In this document: positions 63,740 to 64,000 of the stretch, piece by piece
How the letters are laid out: every line of letters starts with the position of its first letter
How positions within the stretch are numbered: position 1 is the first letter of the stretch
DNA from: an uncultured Candidatus Rokubacteria bacterium
GTDB taxonomy: Bacteria > Methylomirabilota > Methylomirabilia > Rokubacteriales > CSP1-6
NCBI GenBank assembly: GCA_963754315.1
Contig: CAVWFS010000011.1
Coordinates: 192,001-256,000, forward strand
Reading direction: 5' to 3'
DNA: 64,000 nt
Made by a program: the position numbers and the translations under genes
The notes under the pieces: generated by a model
Seen by the model: the letters and a program-made list of their open reading frames with translations, nothing else
Databases searched by the model: none
Told to the model about the DNA's origin: nothing

Positions 63740-63955
63740 GTGATGCAGGCGCGGCCGCCTGGCGTTCCTGACGCTCTGGGTTACGGCCGGTATCTCGTCT
63801 GGGGCCTGTTCCTCGCCTTCTTGCTCGTCACCGGACACGGGCCAGGGTCGGTGCTGGTCGCGTTCGTGCCGGTACTGCTGATCCAGCAGGTGTTCGCGCC
63901 GATCTCAGAAGCGCTGTTTCGCCGCCTGTCGGGGCCGATGGTGGACGAGCTGTGA
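63740..63955 (+). CDS. Small membrane protein or fragment
   Basis: Two hydrophobic segments; no clear RBS. Confidence 0.3.
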   Translation: MMQARPPGVPDALGYGRYLVWGLFLAFLLVTGHGPGSVLVAFVPVLLIQQVFAPISEALFRRLSGPMVDEL

Positions 63956-64000
63956 CTGGCGCGCTCGCGGTCCGCAACGTGGGCAAGCTGTACCGTCGCT

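Overview
High-GC bacterial window. The gene families present (expanded ABC substrate-binding proteins, a DZR-adenylate cyclase-ATPase-TPR protein) resemble Ca. Rokubacteria/Methylomirabilota; that placement is inference. Many genes carry single-base frameshifts, probably partly long-read errors. Bases 1-21.8 kb are a mobile-element hotspot around an intact tRNA-Lys(TTT), with two XRE-HTH/tyrosine-integrase pairs, a ~6 kb island ending in a displaced tRNA 3' half, secreted repeat proteins, and IS/phage fragments. The rest holds an ATP-dependent DNA ligase, a SorC-family regulator with trpBA, nrdAB/metE remnants, a chromate-resistance cluster, ABC exporters, signalling genes and catabolic enzymes. 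The standout signal is three dispersed 49-61 aa genes that share a basic 'DL...VKGG' double-glycine-type leader. After the GG, each carries a core resembling a different segment of the T6SS tube protein Hcp, and two have sigma54-type promoters. This may be an undescribed Hcp-mimic peptide family. Also notable are a circularly permuted C-terminal domain shared by two repeat proteins and a catalytically altered AroQ homolog. All family assignments come from motif recall, not database searches.
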